NCBI GenBank assembly: GCA_965285935.1
Contig: OZ260663.1
Span: forward strand, 99,262,001 to 99,326,000
Length of the DNA: 64,000 nt
Direction of reading: 5' to 3'
Source: Ophelia neglecta
Lineage: Eukaryota
Every line of letters begins with the position of its first letter. Positions within the stretch are counted from its first letter, which is position 1. Positions 1 to 13,807 of this stretch are shown piece after piece. The position numbers were made by a program, and so were the translations under genes. Under the pieces are notes generated by a model. It did not search any database and was not told where the DNA came from. It worked only from the letters and a program-made list of their open reading frames with translations.

Positions 1-74
1 GACATTGTCGGATGGGATGAGTGCCAATCGGAGTATTGGTATGGGGATTCGTCGGTCCATTTAGGTTTTCTTTG
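1..74 (-). CDS. Exon 2 (partial) of the C-type lectin gene; continues beyond the window
   Basis: Acceptor tttcag| ending at 75. Phase-0 reading QRKPKWTDESPYQYSDWHSSHPTM supplies the expected CTLD W-x-D-x-S...Y-x-x-W motif. Confidence 0.8.
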
Positions 75-301
75 CTGAAATATAAACATGGATGCCTGAA
101 CGGGTTTCTTTTAATCAAGTCGTTTACCTTTGTTAATACACAGCACCGCCGGTTGCCTTTACCTGAGTCGTTTTAACTACATTAATACACCACCTGTCGA
201 CTTTAACCAAATCTCTTTGCCCTTGTTAATGCACAACCAGTCTACTTTAATCATTTTTTTCCAAGTGTTAATAGGTATTCAAATAATTCTAAGTATAATA
301 C

Positions 302-3300
302 CTCGCCATTGTCCCGAAGCCCAACCCACAGCATTCCGACGATGAAAAATCCGTGAACTAGCCGCGGAAAGGGGTCATCGCTGTCGTAAGGCCACTCATT
401 TGAATCAACTGCCACGTATTTGTTACGACGCAAGGCGTTGTCAACAGGTGCAGAGTTAAAACTGTCTGCCTTGTAGTCAGGTTTGCTAAGATACCTCGAG
501 AGGTTTGATTTCTCCGGGTGACTGTTTGGCATATATGCTTTAGATTCATTAGGAGAAGCATAAAGCAAATCCATTAGTCGATACCGCCAGGATAGTATAG
601 TCTTCCATTCCCTGTCCGAGTTGATGCTGAGGAGGTGACCTCCCTCTATCTGACAACTGTCCTCTGCCTGTTGCCAGGATGATGATCGCTTCTCAGATAG
701 GTACACTGAGTAAAGTTTGTCACCGAAACACATAACGTTAAGCTTGTTCTCACAGAGAATTTCTATTGATTTTTCCTCTGGCTGTTCCTTCACTGCATGC
801 GAGAAAAGCAGTTGGTAATCATCATCGCTTGTATCGTTGGTTATTATGGTTATAACAGCGGGGGTGTACAGAGGTTGATCATGGACTGTAATTAAACCAA
901 TTTCGGTAGGCTTGTATTCGTAGGTAAGTTCTCTCAGACTACCTTCAGAAGTGTACATACGCTCTTCGGTGCCTTCCGGTATGTGCAACCAGGAGAATGA
1001 ACGGCCATACAGTTCCGTTAAAGAACTCTTAGGCATTTTACGCTGAACTTTCCATTGTAGCGGACATGATATTATTACCGTAGGAAAGCGTTTCTTGGCA
1101 TATTTTTTATTTTGTGTTTTAGATCTTATCAAAATTTCCAATGTCCAAAGGGAAGTTCTTGCTTGAGAACGCCAGTTTCGTGTGAAATCGTAGGTGATAT
1201 GGAACACACCTGATGTGCGACCAAATGGTATTATCATTTGACTGCAAAAACTGTTTTTGAAAATTCTATGGCAGAAGTGCAACCAGACTCCGCAAGACTT
1301 ATTGTTCATGAAATCAGTTATTGTGGAACTAATTGATTTGTAAGTCAATAAAGGAATGTAATTGCTCAAGGTATGAATTACACATATAGTATTAATCGGA
1401 TCAAATCCGATATGGCTTGTGTAGGCATAGTACCTTTGGAAAAAGCAACGATTATGCACGTCACTTGAGCTCTGCTCAGGAGAAACGAGGAGTTGTATCT
1501 GGTCAAAGGCATACATATCGCCTTGTTCAAATACCATGTCTGAAAGCACAACAAACGGCCACACCTTGCTGAACAATATTGGTTGCGGATTTAAGAAATC
1601 ATAACATTCTTTAGCGCCGGGAAAATAATGTGTGAAAAACCACGTGCTCATTACCCATTTCGCCCATAGTTTACTGGAAAGTTCGGCATGTAGGATTTCC
1701 TTACCTAGCAAATCATCACTTGGGGCAAAAGTAAAGAGAATATGCGTCCCTATTTGTGTTTGACTCCTGTGTATGGAAGGTCTGTCACTAGGTAAACCTT
1801 GTATGAAAAAACAATCTCTTGTATTAATCAAGCGGTATTCTGCCTTCATCAAGTTTTTTTGGGGAATGCCGTATTCCAAGTTCAGCAAACCTCGACAGCC
1901 TCCAGGTCTAATAGTAGCCTGAATGTTTACATTGAAACCTTTGCTGTACCGTTGTATTACCAGACGTACATATTTCCCATAGCGTAGGTTTCCCACACCG
2001 TCCGTTAGATAAGTTTTTAACATATTAAAGCCACCCTTAGAACAAAACACAGCAACGTGCCTCAAGCGTTGTTGTTCACCATATTTTCTTGCATCGACAG
2101 TCGCATAAAATGCCTCCTCATTCTCAGCAAATAGATATAACGCGCCTGTGTCGCATCGATGGGTCATGTCATTTTTAACACTTAAAGATTTGATGTTAAA
2201 GTCAAGCACTAAATTATGGTTTGATTCCACCTCAAAGCTATTAAAAGTGGTTTTATCGTCTTCTGTTGTATCCATGTTTAGTTTTATCCCATTTTCGTTC
2301 TGGTGAATAAAATTATAATGCATGCGGCAGTTCATAGGATGATACATTTGACCTTGACAGTTGATTTCCTTCATTACTAAATGTATGGTCAAAAGAGAAA
2401 TAACTTGATTGTTCTGTTGAACAAATGCATTGGGCTTAGAAGTATAGAGTATTTGTCCGAGACCAAAACGTGTCCAACGTTGATCCATGTAATCCACTTG
2501 TTTGAAAAAGGCAATGCTCCTGATCATGTCATTGCAGGTGACGAGCATAAAATCGTTTTTATTATACATATGATGAGGAAAACTGGTTTTTAAATATGTT
2601 AACATAGTTTCAGGCAGTTCAAACACGTAAATGTACGTGTCATTATCACATACTCCGTCAGTAATCGTATACCCAATTCTATGTGTAACCGGCGCTCTCA
2701 CCTGCCACCACACAGTGAACATGTCATCAAATGTCCACTGGGACATAGCAAGGCCGGAGACATACATCGATAAATCGTTCATGTGCCATAGTTCTTTAAA
2801 ATCATAGATATGCTGGATTTTTTCAATATTCCAGTTGATCTGGTGTTCCTCTCGGATTGCCTCTATAAGATCGCTATCAATCACTGTGTATGACATTTCC
2901 AGTTTAAATTGGTCGTGTGGAGACACTACTGTCCTTACAACTAAACCACCATCAGAGAGAATATGAAGGTCTGTGACATTGCCACACCTTTGCAGAATCC
3001 ACAATGGATCGGCAAATAAATCTTCATTGGAATAAAAAGCGTCAAACTTAGTTGTATAACAAGGCGAGCTATACAAAAGCGAACGCATTTCCTTTAATGT
3101 GAAATTTATTGCATATTGCGGCCGATAATTAATAAAATAGATAAATTCCATCTTTGGACCTATCGATGGTTGAACGATTTGTATCGAGTCACACAATTTG
3201 GTCCTTGAATATCGTACAATGGAATATGGCGGTTTCCAATCATACCTGGACCGGACATCATCACAGAGAGAGGGTCTAACGGACAAACGCAACTGCTGCA

Positions 3301-3610
3301 GATAATATGACATGCCCCTGAGGCGTCCAGAAGCAGCAAACCTGTTCATATCATACCAGTACCTCCTCAGCAGTGGACTGAACCATGATTTGTACCATTT
3401 TGAGCTTGATATTCCCAGCGTGTGTGCAGAACCGAATGATCTCATGTTTGTTGAAATGACTGTCGTGTGCTTGACCAATACTTGCCCACTTTTGACATAT
3501 TGGATGTCCCCGCTAGTTGCCGAATTCACAGTGACAATTGCACTACAACCAAATCTCATCAAATTGGCAAACGTTACGAAAGCGATGATTGTCGCGAATG
3601 ACATTGTCAT
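302..3610 (-). CDS. Exon 1 (3.3 kb) of a large secreted/cell-surface protein: signal peptide, divergent CUB-like segments, N-terminal part of a C-type lectin domain
   Basis: Uninterrupted 1119-codon ORF. Hydrophobic N-terminus (MTMSFATIIAFVTFANLMRFGCSA). CTLD motifs CFGDKLYSVYLSEKRSSSWQQAEDSCQIEGGHLLSINSDREW and LWVGLRD. Donor GAG|GTATTA at 301 directly after WVGLRDNGE. CUB-like call is weak (spaced C/W motifs only). Confidence 0.85.
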
Positions 3611-4399
3611 GCTTACTTTCTTTAGTAATCCAACTGGTTTCTAAAGACCAATGCACCAATCAGAAGCAGAACTAGAACTAGGCTCACCCTATACCCTGCG
3701 GCTCTTTCACAACAGCAATCAAATGCAATGCATGTTATGGTAACACGGCACTTTAAGTATGTACCTGTAAATGTAGGTAAGTAAATCCATTCGACAATCG
3801 GTGAACTCTTACCTGCCTTACGCTTACTCCTGCCTTATATATATAACAACACAACCGAAAAAAAAATCATCTCGAAACGTAGCGATAAATTCTCATGAAT
3901 TACTAGCTAATGAAATTAGTGAAACACTATATTTCTCTTAGGGTTTATTCGAAAATGACTCCAAATGTCGTAGAAAAATTAAAAATCTGATGCCTCTTCT
4001 GATTAAGACGAATTTTTACAAAATGCAAATGTTAGCCAAAACGCATAGGCCATATTAAACTAATCTTATCATAATAGAAATGAAACATGAGTCCAAATTG
4101 AAATAAGAAGAGATAACTGATTTGAGATGTGTTTATCTTTTCTGTCGCCCATAAACAATTGTATACGTAACTCTTTGCTTACAAGTACTTATTTGCAGCT
4201 TATACATTTTCAGAAAACGAAGTATACCTAGATACAATGAGTAGATGGTGTATAGTCTCCATTTATATTTGCCATGATCATATAGAGCATACAAAAAGTG
4301 CAAATGCAGGGAGTCAGCTCATGACATTAATATTAACTGAATAGATCCAGGCAAAGGAGGCTACGGAAATGATAACAAAGACACGGATAATTTATAACA

Positions 4400-5700
4400 G
4401 TAGCCTTGAAAATATATTGAGAAGACCTACTCTGAAATGCACACTTAAGAAGGAACTCTTCTAAATTTAAAACAAAGACAGAAAAAAGCTAAAATTCTTC
4501 ATAAGCTCAAACATAAATAGTCCAACTGGATCACATAAAGTATCATAAGATCTATTATTTTCCGAGATAAACTTTATAAAAGAATGAAATCGACACCACA
4601 AAACACCAAACTTTACTTTCACTCAAAACCGAATTAGACACATACAACAATATTTTGAGTAAAGGACATTGATTTGGCTAAAATAGAACATTATGCTTCA
4701 CGATTTACTAAATATCATCATGATATTGAAAATGCTTGGTCAGAAGGAAATTATAAATAGTAAGAAAGATAATAAAAATACCACCCAAACACGTCATTAT
4801 AAACAAAAAAAATTGATAGTGAGTTTGACGATATTTTGTATAGATATTGACCCTAGACCAGCCACTAAATAAACACGATATTTTGATAAAATTTTGAATC
4901 TTTCCAAATAGCCTGTTGTCACACAAAATTCAGATTAAGGCCAGTGAACTATCTGTGTATTCACGCATAGACACGCTGAGGATTAAAAGTAGCTCTGGGT
5001 ATGATGGTCTTTCCTCCATGTTAAACAGTTTAAAGAGGATATTGTACTACCCATAGCCAAAGTAATTAGCCAGTCATTTGCCGTTGGGCTATTACCTAAT
5101 AAGCTAAAAATTGCAAAAGTTACCCCTGTCCACAAAAAAAGGAGACAATAGGCAGTATGGTTTCAGAAAGCAACGTCCGACGGAACTTGCTGCTCTTTAA
5201 TTAGCCGACAGAATAAGAAATGCCCTGGACAGAGATGAAACGACCCTCAACATATATATTGATTTATCCAAAGCATTTGATACTTACGACCATACTACTT
5301 TGTTATACAAATTACGCTATTATGGCGTAACAGGCCCTTCTTTAACACTGGTTTTTTACCAATTATCTACAAAATCGAAAAAAATATATACAAATAGAGA
5401 ACACATGTTCGAAAATGGCTTCTCTGGATATGGGTGTATCACAATTCTTGGTCCCATGCTATTCATTATATATAAAAATTATATCAACACAGTTAGTAAA
5501 TTATTTCAAAGCATTTTTTATGCGGACGATACAACATAATCAAGTATCTGAAAGTTTTCAACCATCAAGCTTATTCAAAGCATTATAGTGACAACAAAAA
5601 TATACAACTCGTTAAAATCAGCGGTTTAAGCCCAACAAAATTATCATTAAATGCTACAAACACCAAATTTATGATTTCTTATATACCAGAAAAGAAACGT
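4400..5700 (+). mobile_element. Highly degraded CR1/L2-group LINE reverse transcriptase remnant (boundaries approximate)
   Basis: Broken-frame motifs KIAKVTPVHKK, QYGFRK, IDLSKAFDT.DH..LLYKLRYYGV.G, ILGPMLFIIY, FYADDTT. Confidence 0.8.
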
Positions 5701-5767
5701 CATGATAGATCTTCAAATCGGTCGGAATTCTTTGTTAACTTAAATATGCTGAAATACTGCATCTTAG

Positions 5768-5882
5768 CGTTGTTAGTAGAGAACCATACGGAGACATGTC
5801 CCAAGGCATAGACGGTACCACAAAAGACACAAACCAGGAACACTTTTAAGATCGTCTTTCTTCTGGTGAAATTAGGTTCCAT
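5768..5882 (-). pseudogene. Putative first coding exon with signal-anchor/signal peptide, copy A (donor mutated)
   Basis: MEPNFTRRKTILKVFLVCVFCGTVYALGHVSVW: basic residues then a hydrophobic stretch. Followed by CTAAG where copy B has GTAAG. Confidence 0.35.
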
Positions 5883-7360
5883 GGTGTTCAGTTGGTTTTA
5901 TGTCATAACTAAACACTATTAACAGTTCTCTATTTTCTCCAGCAAATGCTTTTTCTAGTGACTAGGCTTATTTGAGCCACTCGCATTCGGTGGGCTTTCA
6001 ATGATTAGGTCACACAGTTGATGATGGTATTATTATGGGTTCAGGCAGGACTCAGCAGGGACCACTACCGCGAGCGGTGTTGAATATCAATGACAAATAA
6101 AACGGTTGATACGGCTTTAAACAGTTAAAAATAATCGACTGCAGATTCCTTTAGTTTCTTCATTATTTTGGAAGCAACACCGAACCCATTAAGAAAGGCA
6201 CATAACAAGTTATTTGTCAATATCAATTTAAAAGGAATAACATCTATTTCCAAGTAAAGCTAATAATAGGGTTGTAAAGAGAACATAGAATAGGAGGCGA
6301 GCAAAAGCAACGCCTTGCCTTCAAATATTGTCTGAGATGCTACCTGTCCTAAGCTTGTTATGCCTGGTGTAACATCGATACCGTTGCCTGCTCTCAGCGA
6401 ATTTCATTATGTAAATAATTATGTTGAATATAAAGTGATCTGTAAAACAATTAGAAAGAAATGAAATTGAATTCGTGATACCTCTATTAACAGTGGTTTT
6501 TTTTTTATATGATTGACATGTTTAAATTGATAAAACAGGTTTGCTTTTGAATATTGCAATAACTAGACAATTTGACTTTAAGTAACGTAATATTAGTAAT
6601 ATTACATCCTAGTTGTTTTGATTTCATCGCAGGAAAATATAGATTTGAACTTTCCGCTTTGATGTGAAACGGCCTTAAACAGGTAGCGATTATGTAAATA
6701 AGAACTCTTTATAAATGTGATGATATAAATTAAATTATATTATAGCTTAATCTGAAATATACCAGGCTCCATGTTTTGTATATCTCACCTGAGCTGCCTA
6801 AGTTTCAGACATGTGAAGCTATACATGTTAAGGCTTGCAATTTTCCCGCGGCCATGTCCCATATTCCAATTAATAGAGGCAATTAAGGCGGCCCTTCAAA
6901 GCCAGGACCCTAAGCAAAAAGCAGCCCACATTCCAATTAATTGGTGCCGAGACGGCTCTACATCGGCCAGGACAGAAAGGCAGCCTACATTCCAGTGTTG
7001 CTAAGGCTGCTCTGCACCAGCCAGTTCCCAAGACGGGAAGCAGCACACATTCCACTGGAACATATACAAGTTTACACCAGCCAGTGCCCAAGACGGGAAG
7101 CAGTACACATTCAACTGGAGAATATACAACTTTACATCAGCCAGTGCCCAAGACGGGAAGCAGCAACCATTCAACTGGAGAATATACAACATAACATCAG
7201 CCAGTATCCAAGACGGGAAGTCGTCCCCATTCCACTGGAGCATAGACAACTTGACATCATACCCAAGACAAAAAAAGGAAGTATCATTTAGTCCTAGAAT
7301 AGCATAAAAGTCTAGTAAACGTTATTTTTAGGCATGCGAAGCAATGACGTACCGGGGCCT
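5780..7360. repeat. Old dispersed duplication, copy A (paralogous to ~10158-12310)
   Basis: Shared blocks such as accatacggagacatgtccc, gcagggaccac, aaggcacataacaagttatttgtcaa, cattccaattaattggtgccgagacggct. Confidence 0.8.
7017..7265. repeat. 60-bp minisatellite (~4 clear units; degenerate units from ~6900; relatives at 11360-11550 and 17430-17530)
   Basis: Unit ccagccagtgcccaagacgggaagcagtacacattcaactggagaatatacaactttaca recurs at 7017, 7077, 7137, 7197. Confidence 0.9.
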
Positions 7361-7569
7361 GAGTTGTGACGGCATGAATTGGTCCTGTCATGATTTCATT
7401 ACCTGGTCGCCATATTTAGCTACGTTACAAAACGTAGCATTAACGTAGCAGAATTTGCATATAATATGAACAGACTCGGAACAACGTGGCTAAAACAGTA
7501 CTTAACGTGGACCGTTAACGTAAGTTTGAGCAAGTTCAAAATAAGGTTTCCAATAAAGCTCTATATTTT

Positions 7570-7992
7570 AGGCAAGAATTTAAAAAATAGTTGATTTCGC
7601 CTCACCCAAAAACAGGCATCGCACCATGGTAACCTATACAAATAGCAAAAAAAAAAAAAAAAACATAAAATGAAATATATCTAGTGTTATGATGCACATT
7701 GCTTTGAAATAGTCCCCCCATATAGGCAACAAACTATTGTGCATCATATACTAACATGACCTAGACATTGACAGTCAAAGGCTGCTGAGTAACACAATTT
7801 GAATATTCTAACATTAAGGCAATGAATTTTGTTCGGTACAGAAAAAATTAGTGCCGTAAGCATATGAAAATTATACATCATTTGAAATATTAATATGTCT
7901 ACAACAAAGTAAGAGGAAAAAAAACAGTCTTTTTAAAGCAATTTCTGATCACTTTTAAACTATGGGGCCTATGTTCCCATATACTCCCATTA
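7570..7992 (+). mobile_element. Partial copy of the Kolobok-like MITE at 16354-17078
   Basis: Collinear with ~16467-16902 (ggcaagaatttaaaa...catggtaacctata...ggggcctatgttcccatatactcccattata); termini absent. Confidence 0.75.
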
Positions 7993-8300
7993 TACGTGAA
8001 AGAAGGGGAGCAACCGTCTGGTACGTGTTGTAATGTTTTTTGACACGTAATGTTGCGATATGGTACATTTTGGCCTCTTTGCACCAATGTTACCGTGCCT
8101 CGCTATTATATTAGGTATCACGTTATGATACGCTTCTGCTACGGTGTGATCGTTATAAACGTTGAGGTCAGTTGTTAAACATGTCACAACGGAACAGCGT
8201 GGCAAACACGTCATTCCATCTGATCACTTTTCTCGGTATAAAACTTTGGTTGTATGCTAATTCGTATATTCTGTACTATCGATATATCAGAATCTTCAGG

Positions 8301-9105
8301 GTCAACTTCGAAATGTTCTAGGTACAGAATGGGCCACTTTTCCGGGGTTTTTACCTCTCAAGCAGCGCTGTCATTAAATGGTTATGATATGTCGTCAGGG
8401 GGTCAGGTTTCAAGGGGAAAGTTGGAATGGGCATACATTGTCGTCAGAAGGTCAGGTTGCAGCACCCAATCTCTTACACAAAACCCGCTTTCGTCGCTAT
8501 TACATATAAGAACCTAAAATCATTCCCCCAAAATATTATTATAATGCAGACCGTTTGGCCATAATGACGTTTCGCCATAAAGAAAAATAATAGAAAAATT
8601 TACCACAAGAACTTTATATCGTTCCTTATGATTTCGAATCTACTCAATGGGATATCTTTGATTAACGATCTGCTTTTTCAGCCTCATATTCACCTTTTTT
8701 ATCAATATATAAGATGGGCCTGATTGAGACATGCTTTGTACTTTCGTAACACTATGAGTACACGGTGAAATCAATTTGAAGCAAATATCCACAAGCAAAA
8801 AGTGCGAATCGTTGCTATTGCAACTAATTCAATTATTTTATGTGCAATTCATGATAGTATGTGTCCTACGTTTCTATTTCCTTCTGCTTGAAACTTAGTT
8901 CTCCCGATGAGTATAAATCCAATTATTCCAATATTCCCCTAGAACCACTAAGCTTTCCATAATAATGCGGTCTCTAATTTAAAGCCACTGCTCGAAGTGG
9001 CGCCCTCCCGTGAATCATCCTCATTGATTTTCATATATAAGATGGAGCATGCACCAAATATTAAAAGGCGGTCTTAGATCAACAATTTTCCCCGGATCTA
9101 GAGGC
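8301..9105. repeat. ~800-bp interspersed repeat, copy 1 (unclassified)
   Basis: Near-identical to 14130-14874 apart from small indels. Confidence 0.85.
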
Positions 9106-10141
9106 GTATTAATGAATATACGTATGCGATCCCACGCGTATTTGTAAAAATAGTCTCAATGATTTATTTGGAAATTACCCCTTTTAAGCCCTTGGCCTCT
9201 GTAAAATTCAAATTATGTAAATACTTATGTTTAAACCAAACTTTGAAGAACGAAATACTTTTGATTCAAATGTAAATGGTTGGAAGAATGGTGCAGGGGA
9301 AATTCAGGAAAAATTGCTAGATGGGCGATTTCCGGTCGATCAAATTGGTTTGTTATTGCTAATGATCAATGCTTTCCAACTTAACTGTACAGTTTTGACT
9401 TGTATTTTTTAATTTTCCCTAAATTTTTGTTGACTTATGTTTATTCATCATCTAACAGGTCACGTATATTTCAAGTGAAACAAAACATAAGATTATATAG
9501 ACTGCCGGTGCAATAGTGCAGGTGCAGATATTGTTCTTTTTTACACAAATTATTTGCTTTATACCAATTTATTATGATAAAACTAAAAAGGAATTTAATA
9601 TTTGTTTCTCATTGAAGGATTTTATCGAGTGAATTAAGCTATTATAATTAATGAGATGAAGGCTCATATTGTGGCCCAAGCTGCTTGGTAAATTTGACTG
9701 CTTTGCATACTAGAAGTCTTATGACGTAATAAATGAAGATTGGATGATAGTCTAGTTTTATGATTATGGTGATCGAAATAGAATTTATACAGAGAATGCC
9801 GTACATCCCGTAGTCAGCCATTGAACAACTTTTAGACAATAAGCTGGAGGCTTATATTGTAGACTTCACACTGAGCAAAAATCTTATTATCATTGAACAA
9901 TATCACAGAAAGAGAGCTTTTGGCCCTTCCAGTGCCTAGAAGAGGTACTCGCTTCTGGTTGGTATAAGACTTGTGTCTGTCGTTTCTTCGCATGACGAAA
10001 GGAGAGCGACAGTAGGTTAAAGATAACTGGAAGCAATTTTCATTCTAAAAAACTCTTAGCAATTTATGATGAACGAAAAAAACTATGCCAATGCACATGA
10101 TCATGTCCGAGCCAAGATACAGTTCTATTGCTGTATCTTAC

Positions 10142-10254
10142 CGTTTTTGGTAAATAACCATACGGAGACATGTCCCAAGACATAGATTATACCACAAAAG
10201 ACACAAACCAGGAGCACTTAGGATCGTCTACCTTCTGATGTAATTAGATCCCAT
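10142..10254 (-). pseudogene. Signal-anchor exon, copy B (premature TAG plus frameshift, donor intact)
   Basis: ATG GGA TCT AAT TAC ATC AGA AGG TAG; homologous to 5768-5882; ends AACG|GTAAGA. Confidence 0.35.
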
Positions 10255-11557
10255 GGTAACCAGTTGGTTTTATGTCATAACCTTACCCTCCTAACAGTTC
10301 TCTATTTCGGCGTTTTTCTGTTTTTTCATACTTTCTTCTAGTGACTAGGCGTATTTGCGCGACTCGCATTCGGTTGGCTTTGAATGATTTGGTCACCCAG
10401 TAGATAATGGCATAATTGAAAATAAGTTCGCAAAGGTTGCCCTCTATTTGGCAGTCGACAATGAATAGCTTGATGACAAAACTACTCTTTTATGACCAAA
10501 GCTGGTGAAAAGAAGAAGTTGATACCTGACAGGAAAAAATGATTATGTTTACCGATAGCAGCACATGAGATGGGTCCAGGCAGGATTCGGCAGGGACCAC
10601 CACCGCAAGCGGTGTTGAATTTCAATGACAAATAAACCGGTAGATACGGCTTCAAACAATTAAAACTAGCCGTTTCTTCACTATTTAGGAAGTACAACCC
10701 TTCACTTTAACAAAGGCACATAACAAGTTATTTGTCAAAATCAGTTTAGTCTATTTCCAAGTATAGCTTAGATAAATAAATAACCCTGTAACGAGAACAC
10801 TGCAAAGCATTCGAGCAAAACAAGTCGAGTAACAGCGACACCACTCCCTTGTTTGCTGTCAGCGAATATTATGATATACATAATCATATTGAATATAAAG
10901 TAATCTATAAAACACATTGGAAGTAATGAAATTGAATTCGTGATAACTCAATCAACAGTGGTCTTTTTTGGACATGATTGACATGTTAATCTTGATAAAA
11001 CAGGTGTGCTTTTTAATATTACAATAACTAGACAAGTTGACTTTTAACCACTTAATATCAGTAAGATTAGATTTGAGCTGTTTTAATTTCATCGCAGGAA
11101 AATATGAATTGGAACTTTTTGTTTTGATGTAGCGAGGCATTAAAGAGGTAGCGTTTATGTAAATAAGAACTCTATATAAATTAGATAATATAAATTTAAA
11201 TTGAACTAAAACATAATATAATATATATCAGGCTCCATGTTGATTAAACCTTACCTGCGCTGCCTTAGTCTGAGACATGAGATGCAGTAAATCTTATGAC
11301 TTGCAATCTTTCCGCGGCCATTTTTCATTTTACATTTAAATGGAGCTAAGTTGGTTCTTCATCAGCCAGGATCCAAAACAGCCCACATTCCAATTAATTG
11401 GTGCCGAGACGGCTTTACATCAGCCAGGACAGAGGACGAAAGGCAGCCTACATTCCACTGGAGCAAAAACAACTAAACATCAGCCAGTATCCAAGACGGA
11501 AAGCAGCCCAAATTCCAATGGAGCTAAGACGACCCTACATCAGCCAGGACAAAATTC

Positions 11558-11860
11558 GATGATGGACGCAAAGCCTTGGTCTATGTAGCTTCATGGACCA
11601 TAGCCAGTGGGCTATGTGCGTGATGGACGTGAGGTAGTTGTCTATGTAGTGTGATGGACATGACGCAGTAACCTATGAAGCGTAGTAGACGTGGGGCAGT
11701 GGCCCAAGTAGCTTGATGGACGTGAGCCAGTGATCTATGAAGCGTAATGCACGTGATGCAGTGATCATGTAGTGTTGGACCTGGAGCGGTGATATATGTA
11801 GAGTTATTGACCTTATGCCGTGATGCAGTGGTCTATTTAGCGTGATGGATGTGAGATGCT
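11558..11860. repeat. ~30-bp degenerate minisatellite (second array ~17535-17895)
   Basis: Unit approximately tatgtagcgtgatggacgtgaggcagtggtc, about 10 copies. Confidence 0.85.
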
Positions 11861-13807
11861 GTTATTCTCGTCGCCATAGTAGAATTGTTTGAATATATAC
11901 GTCGTACCTAGATTGCTGTATTGTTTTCCGATCTGGACATTTATGTTGCAAACACGTCCACTGACCCTGTCACATAACAGGACAACGCTAATTCCTGTCA
12001 TTAATTTAAAACATTTTTTTTGCACCAGGTAATTAAAAGGTTTAAAGTCTTAGCTTCATCATTTATCACTTTGGTAACAACCCATCAATCAGATTTGATA
12101 CCACTAAAAGGCTGGACAGAATAGATCGACACCGCTATTACAGACATCATTACCCATATGCAGATTCTAAAGACGCATAAAAAAATACTTATTTATATTA
12201 AGCACAATGGTTAATTCACGTAGGTAAAGGACGTTTTATTTGCTTCTAGAATAACAAAAATCTATTTAACGATTTATGTTACTTTTAGGCTTGCGAAGCT
12301 ATGACAGTTCGACAGTTCGGCTGCGGTATTTCTCCAAATAATATATCACCATAGTGGTGGCGTATAGCCCCACCGATAATGGTTCTCCGTTAACTTTCCT
12401 CTTAAGTTCTTTGCACTGATCCACGATACCAACATGCACTATATACATTTACCATCCACATCATACACGTACAGCACCCCCGTACCCGCCACGTGATATA
12501 CTCAGTCGAAGCGGTCATCAGCCCCACCAGCCACTCACTATAAAATTACTGCTCGCACTCGATCACTGTGTTTGTGGTTTAGGCGGCTGAGTCAGTAGTA
12601 CGCGTACTCAGTGTCTAAATCTAATAAGATTTTAAAGCCACTAAAAATGTGTGACTAGAAATATGATGAACTGGTTTGAAGCACAGGGCCAACGAGTCAG
12701 TGCCCAAAGTGGGACGCGGATTAGACATGTCCTAGTAGATTAGGATTGCATATAAATATTAAAATGTCCGCATTAACTCGACTCTGGTGAAGTAGTAAAT
12801 CCTCCTTCCAGTTAGTAGTAACGTGGAAATTCGCTGCGTAATGCTAGAGTGAATTCCTATGGAAACCATCACTCAACCCTCAACAACTCCCATCCACCCT
12901 CCCTCCTACCAAAAACCCTGACACCTCACAGCATACTATATCATTTCCAGGAATTATGACATGGTGTTGCCAGTTATATTCCTTTACAGAGAAATATCAC
13001 ATTGTTAGTGCTGATTGGTCCATGGTCCTCATAACGCGACAGTAGCTGTACTCACCACCTACACACACTGCTATGCTCAGAAAGGTAAACAATTGCAGAA
13101 GGAAACAATCTAAAAGACACCCCCTGCCACAATAGCAGCCATTGTGGCCACATAAAAAAGTAAAAGCATATAGAACATCCATTACATTTGTTTATTTTGC
13201 CTTTCGATTACATAATTTGACAGAAACACTATCGACTTGGTGCAACACAAAATTTTAAGACATTTTAGATACATGTTATCTTTATATTACAATCGAACGA
13301 AAGTATTCATCATGTTCAAAGGTTCTAAACACCCTTCCTCAATTAACCGTTATAACATGGTCTCTATTGTATACTTAAGCGGATAAGCATTCTACTTCTT
13401 TAATGAACATAAATCTCACATTCAATTTTGGTTCTGAATGTTTTACAACTTTTCCAAGAGGCCCAATAAAATATGTAGATTTTAAGTAAGCTCGTTTTAG
13501 GAGACCCTAGATTCATCTCTTATTTACTTTCCAAACTCGGTTTCCATATCAAGCCATCATGTCATTATTTGTTGTCCCTGGTTACCTAACTAACTATTGC
13601 TTTATTCTTTGGAAGATAATAATACTAGAAGACGCCCTTCTTTAGGAGGAAGCGTAAACGGCTGAAAGCGACGTAAGCCTCTAGATCATCCCAGTGAATG
13701 ACAGGACTAATTTTTGTTTAATTTGGATGTGCAAAGAAGGGAGGACTATAAAAAAATATGTTTTATGTAAATAAATATTCATATATTCAATTCTAATAAT
13801 AATCAAT

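Noticed and set aside
6900-7291. Regular 60-bp repeats and the 116-aa repeat ORF as a CRISPR array or repeat protein
   Set aside because: Units are contiguous with no unique spacers and no cas genes; the ORF is a by-product of a unit length divisible by 3
12490-12530. CUGAUGA on the minus strand (also ~18515, and plus strand ~61485) as further hammerheads
   Set aside because: No stem II followed by GAAA, and no closing stem I
12997-13182. Duplicated hydrophobic ORF ending at a G|GTGAGT donor as a signal-peptide exon (also 18996-19178)
   Set aside because: The best-context ATG is out of frame in both copies and no downstream exon was identified
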